Shown: piece by piece, positions 63,520 to 64,000 of the stretch | Layout: each line of letters begins with the position of its first letter | Numbering within the stretch: the first letter of the stretch is position 1 | Assembly (NCBI GenBank): GCA_030704615.1 | Contig: CM060734.1 | Span: 45,508,001 to 45,572,000 of the forward strand | Origin: Takakia lepidozioides | Lineage: Eukaryota; Plantae; Bryophyta | Direction: 5' to 3' | DNA length: 64,000 nt | Notes under the pieces: generated by a model | The model's input: the letters and a program-made list of their open reading frames with translations, nothing else | The model's database searches: none | What the model was told of the DNA's origin: nothing | Position numbers and translations under genes: made by a program

Positions 63520-64000
63520 GGTTCTAGATTACAACTCCAGACTACTGTAGGTGGCTGGTGCAGGTGTGCAGCTCCAATCTCAGTATGCTGCAGAGACAGT
63601 TTGCGGAGACTCTCTTATGTCAGGGTTCGCTTTTCCAGGATGTCAACATAATTTAGAAGACGTCGAAACTAGTTGTTGTAGAAGAGATTGGGAGAGAACA
63701 GTTGAGTGTGATCTGCTTGGTTGAGAGAGATGTACCTGTGCACACAGTGAGAAGGGAGAAGATGGCGAGTGGTATATATACATCTATCTAAGAAGCTGTC
63801 AACGCGGGAAGAAGACTGTATCTACAGCGTGATCATGGGGACCCACCACCGCAACTATCAATTTAGCAGATGTCGCTTAAAAATCTCTTAGAAATGTCTT
63901 TCATATGCACTGTCGTATTCGTGGCCGGCCGAGAAATTGAATGGACATGCAAATGAGTTGGTAATTTTGCTTAGAATAGTAACGCGCAGATCTACAACAG

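Overview
Nuclear DNA of a non-seed land plant (bryophyte-like; inferred from gene style, not verified). Bases 1-30.4 kb are transposon-rich and 32-64 kb are gene-dense. Host genes: two intronless PLS-DYW PPR RNA-editing factors plus a PPR pseudogene fragment, DONSON, CWF18/CCDC12, an AKRP/EMB506-type ankyrin protein, a germin-like protein, and an intron-rich gene resembling an uncharacterised fungal/bacterial family. Mobile DNA: an RTE-like LINE, PIF/Harbinger, L1 and REL-LINE remnants, and two Mutator-like (MULE) families, one nested in the other. The main result is MULE family A. Its large copy (about 1.46-9.49 kb) carries a GCM-like transposase N-terminus and, divergently, a spliced gene with a ParB/Sulfiredoxin-like domain (VWDGNHRLVAW). 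The introns and subterminal DNA hold about 23 copies of a conserved 28-bp palindrome (ATTAAGGTRTCGTCAACGAYRYCTTAAT), many at a ~137-bp pitch. A non-coding 2.3-kb copy of the same family (25738-28038, 10-bp TSD) keeps only the termini and 10 palindromes. This suggests a transposon-encoded ParB/parS-like (or VANC-like anti-silencing) protein-array system; the function is a hypothesis. Coordinates were read by eye and family assignments rest on recalled motifs, not database searches.
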